From positions 1-10,395 of the forward strand of contig JBGGMM010000088.1 in assembly GCA_041288045.1 (NCBI GenBank): DNA of 10,395 nucleotides. The letters are read 5' to 3'. The position numbers and the translations under genes are program-made. Below, one piece after another: positions 7,689 to 10,395 of the stretch. Position 1 is the stretch's first letter. Every line of letters starts with the position of its first letter. The DNA comes from Pseudobdellovibrionaceae bacterium. GTDB lineage: Bacteria > Bdellovibrionota > Bdellovibrionia > Bdellovibrionales > Bdellovibrionaceae. The notes under the pieces are model-generated. The model did not search any database. It had not been told where the DNA came from and saw nothing but the letters and a program-made list of their open reading frames with translations.

Positions 7689-8462
7689 ATGCAAATCTCA
7701 CTTTCAAATTCTCTTTTGAAATCCTCTGCAGGCATGTCTCTGATGTCAGTCATTATAGGCATGGCAATGATGGGCCTTTTGGCGCTGGCTTCTGCCAATA
7801 TTCTTGCTGATACAAAAAGAGCAGAAATGACTGGAGAAGTCTCTTCGTTTCTTTCCCAGTCTCACACTTTAAGTATTTACAAAACTCGGTCGCTTCAAAG
7901 AATTAGAGCGATTCTAATGGCATCAGCCAATGCGAATTGCCCTGCTGCGCGAATGAGTGCCTGCCTGGCTGGAACAGGGACAAGTTGCCTTTTGTGCGCC
8001 AATCCCGATTTCGTTGCGATGCCTGCTCTGTCTTCGACATTCACTGAAAATCGAATTGTTGTTCGCAGCCTCGCCAGCTATCAAAGAGTGTGTACATCCG
8101 ACTCATCCTGTGGAACTGTTCGGGTCCGCGTCGCTTCGACCTCCGCTGCAGATACCAGTCGCGGCATCGATGCCATGAGAAGAGATGTTGAATTCCATAT
8201 TGCCGGAGCCTTCTTAGGCGACAAATCCGATTTTTCATTTGCTTGCACTTCTGGCGGAAAGGTTGTCACTGGCATCGATCAGGCCTCTCGCCAAGCCAAA
8301 TGCGAAGGGATGCGCCTCATAGGCCCCAGCAATTGCACAAGCGCCCCAGTCAATGATCTGAATGCCGGATTACCTACTGGCTGCGCGACCATGGCAAGCA
8401 TTGATTGCCCACGAGGAATTCGCCGAATTGGTTTGATGTCTGGACAGGGAGTCTGCTTGTGA
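7689..8462 (+). CDS. Cys-rich minor pilin/pseudopilin-like protein (257 aa)
   Basis: Start is ATG at 7689 (alternative GTG at 7680). The N-terminus ...LLKSSAG|MSLMSVIIGMAMMGLLALASANIL is a class III-like signal with Ser rather than Glu at +5. The C-terminal third consists of three Cys-bracketed modules. Stop is TGA at 8460-8462. Confidence 0.75.
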   Translation: MQISLSNSLLKSSAGMSLMSVIIGMAMMGLLALASANILADTKRAEMTGEVSSFLSQSHTLSIYKTRSLQRIRAILMASANANCPAARMSACLAGTGTSCLLCANPDFVAMPALSSTFTENRIVVRSLASYQRVCTSDSSCGTVRVRVASTSAADTSRGIDAMRRDVEFHIAGAFLGDKSDFSFACTSGGKVVTGIDQASRQAKCEGMRLIGPSNCTSAPVNDLNAGLPTGCATMASIDCPRGIRRIGLMSGQGVCL

Positions 8463-9793
8463 GGAAGTCCGGCGGATTTAGCTTAATTGAGATCCTAGCT
8501 GCGACAGCCCTGATCTCAGTTTCAGCTCTGGGACTAGGAATGGGCTTACAGAAAATGGCCAAATCCCGACAAAACGTCAAAACTGTCACAGCTGGAATGG
8601 CCATTGAATCGGCGATTCAAGCAGCCATACAAGATCCAGTTCAGTATGATTCAGAAGCCATCTATGATATGCGTAATGGACTCAACAACGTCCGCACCAT
8701 GAGCTTTGATTTGACTGTGGCGTTGGCGGATTCCGCGGATGTGAGCACCGTGACCATCCCGACAAACTCAAATGTCTATTTTAATTCCAATGGGTCTGTC
8801 TGCTCGTCTTGCCTTGAGAATACGACAGACTGGGCTTTTAAAGCGCAAATTGAAATCGAACGGCAGAATGTCCCAGGAGCCCCTGGAATTTTAACTTATG
8901 GCCTTGCTTACCGCTTTCAATACAATCCCAATCTTTATATTTTCAAAAACATGGGTGTTGCCGATAACGCCGGCTCTGGATCCCCTTCTGGTTCCGGCTC
9001 TGGTTCTGGCCCCAGTGCTTTTACCAATTCCGACTTTAAATGGATCATCCCTCGCGAAATTTATATGAATCCAGCTGGTCAATCCTGCGCACTTGGTTCA
9101 CAGAATGTCGTAGTCACAGGCATTGATACAAATACTGGACAGGTCAACTGTCTGAAAGTGGGAGACGCAGACCCAGCCACTCGTTGTGCCCCAGGGCAAG
9201 TGGCAACGGGCTGGACTTATGAGACTTCCCCGAGCGGAGCCAAACTTCCTAAGCTGAAAATGGCTTGTAAAAATATTGCTCCTGCTGGCAATTGCCCCAG
9301 CCTGGCTCCTGGATATGATTACGCTGTCCAATCTATCGTCCCCGATTCTTTTGATCCCAATGCCACTTCACCTCGCCAAGGGCGCTGCATTTTTATTGCC
9401 GACCGAACACAAGCTGTGGCCATGCATTCTGGAACCTCGAAGAGGTCCGTGCGCTTTGATATCTGCCCTGATTTTTACACTTTTGTTCCAGCCCCAGCAA
9501 GAGCCGCCACCAATGGCTGCTGGTTTTCCTCTGTGACTCCTCTTCAGGGTTGGCGCGCTCAAGCTTGCCCGGCTGGATACACGGGCCAAGATTGGGTTCA
9601 AGATGTGGATCCCGCTTTACCTTTGGCAGTCACAGGCGTTGTCAGTGGCAGCAGTGTCACTTGCACATTACAAAACGACCAGCAGACCTTACCGCCTGGG
9701 CCCACCAATTACTCAGGCTATCAAGCTCTGGTACGAGTCGCTGGCACTTGTGTCTTGAACCCAGATGAATCCGTGGCCATGCCCCCCAACTGA
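8459..9793 (+). CDS. Prepilin-type N-terminal cleavage/methylation domain protein, large Cys-rich minor pilin (444 aa)
   Basis: GTG at 8459 overlaps the upstream TGA (GTGA), with an AGGGAG RBS at 8446-8451. It has a canonical class III motif, MRKSGG|FSLIEILAATALISVSALGLG, with Glu5. A GS-rich linker is followed by three Cys-bracketed modules and a further Cys-containing C-terminal domain. Confidence 0.88.
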   Translation: MRKSGGFSLIEILAATALISVSALGLGMGLQKMAKSRQNVKTVTAGMAIESAIQAAIQDPVQYDSEAIYDMRNGLNNVRTMSFDLTVALADSADVSTVTIPTNSNVYFNSNGSVCSSCLENTTDWAFKAQIEIERQNVPGAPGILTYGLAYRFQYNPNLYIFKNMGVADNAGSGSPSGSGSGSGPSAFTNSDFKWIIPREIYMNPAGQSCALGSQNVVVTGIDTNTGQVNCLKVGDADPATRCAPGQVATGWTYETSPSGAKLPKLKMACKNIAPAGNCPSLAPGYDYAVQSIVPDSFDPNATSPRQGRCIFIADRTQAVAMHSGTSKRSVRFDICPDFYTFVPAPARAATNGCWFSSVTPLQGWRAQACPAGYTGQDWVQDVDPALPLAVTGVVSGSSVTCTLQNDQQTLPPGPTNYSGYQALVRVAGTCVLNPDESVAMPPN

Positions 9794-9910
9794 TCCCATT
9801 TTCATCTTCTTTTCATTTGAGACTCATTCTCAAAATTTCAGTGCGTCCGCTCAGCTTTCAGATTAGAGAGCTTGAGAGATTTTCAAATCCCCTTTCTCAA
9901 AGGACGCAAA

Positions 9911-10309
9911 ATGAAAACATGGATTCTGGTTCTCGGTTTGTTGATTGGCTTTTCAGCTTTGGCAAGACCTGCTGTTCGCTATGATGAAGTCGCCTTCAGT
10001 GAAAGCTTTGGCCCCAAACTGTCTTCACAAATCCTTTCCGTGGATCTGCCATCTGAGGGAACTTTGCGCTTTTCTGGAGAGCGGGGACAAATGGGCTTTG
10101 GAACTTTTGATTACTACATTGGTGAAATTCACTTCTTGTTTGAAGATGGCAGCGGAGACAGCGTCGTGGTGAACCGCTGGTTCCAAAAAACTTTGCTTCT
10201 CCCCTACAAGTTTTCAAAATCTGTTCGTTCGCTGACAATCAGTGCTCAACATGACGATCGCTTGAGCAACGGAAATTCTCACCGGCTGACAGTCTCATTG
10301 GCGCGCTGA
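9911..10309 (+). CDS. Small secreted hypothetical protein (132 aa), probably beta-rich
   Basis: An AAGGA RBS at ~9900-9904 precedes ATG 9911. The Sec/SPI signal is clear: MKTWILVLGLLIGFSALA|RP. Stop is TGA at 10307-10309. No family was recognised. Confidence 0.8.
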   Translation: MKTWILVLGLLIGFSALARPAVRYDEVAFSESFGPKLSSQILSVDLPSEGTLRFSGERGQMGFGTFDYYIGEIHFLFEDGSGDSVVVNRWFQKTLLLPYKFSKSVRSLTISAQHDDRLSNGNSHRLTVSLAR

Positions 10310-10320
10310 CCGGATCCTCA

Positions 10321-10390
10321 GGTGCCTTTCTCTTTTTCCTTCACCCGCTGCGGCTTGCCGCGCTGGGTGAAGGAAAAAGAGAAAGGCACC
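10321..10390. repeat. 70-bp near-perfect palindrome (26-bp perfect arms), REP/REPIN-like or RNA-stabilising hairpin
   Basis: GGTGCCTTTCTCTTTTTCCTTCACCC (10321-10346) is the exact reverse complement of GGGTGAAGGAAAAAGAGAAAGGCACC (10365-10390). The 18-nt centre contains a further GCGGC/GCCGC stem. It starts 11 nt after the last stop codon. Confidence 0.9.
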
Positions 10391-10395
10391 CTCTG

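Noticed and set aside
9816..9840. TTTGAGA-ctcat-TCTCAAA hairpin as the terminator of the pilin operon
   Set aside because: The 7-bp stem is AT-rich and lacks a proper U-tail; it is better explained as part of the TCTCA/TGAGA motif cluster.
1565..9910. ORF-track start codons at 1565, 7578, 8405 and 9872
   Set aside because: Downstream starts (1601, 7530, 8459, 9911) have better RBS placement and put the signal or prepilin leader at the N-terminus.

Overview
This window is a surface-adhesin locus, probably from a predatory Bdellovibrionota-like bacterium (inferred from the protein types, not from a marker gene). It has six protein-coding genes. (1) The 3' part of a mosaic, phage-tail-fibre-like trimeric protein with GxxGIGT repeats, a YadA-head-like segment and no S74 chaperone at its C-terminus. 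(2) A closely linked, secreted 1464-aa protein with 28 beta-propeller blade repeats. (3-5) Three large Cys-rich type IV pilin-like proteins, one on the minus strand and two coupled on the plus strand. (6) A small secreted hypothetical protein, followed by a 70-bp near-perfect palindrome. The three main observations are as follows. The 28 blades partition into four nested 7-bladed propellers, with the only two Cys at opposite ends of the chain. The fibre and propeller genes look like a two-part fibre plus tip adhesin. All three pilin-like proteins carry three Cys-bracketed modules after the pilin domain, suggesting a heterotrimeric pilus-tip stalk. All functional calls come from reading motifs by eye; no searches or structure predictions were run.
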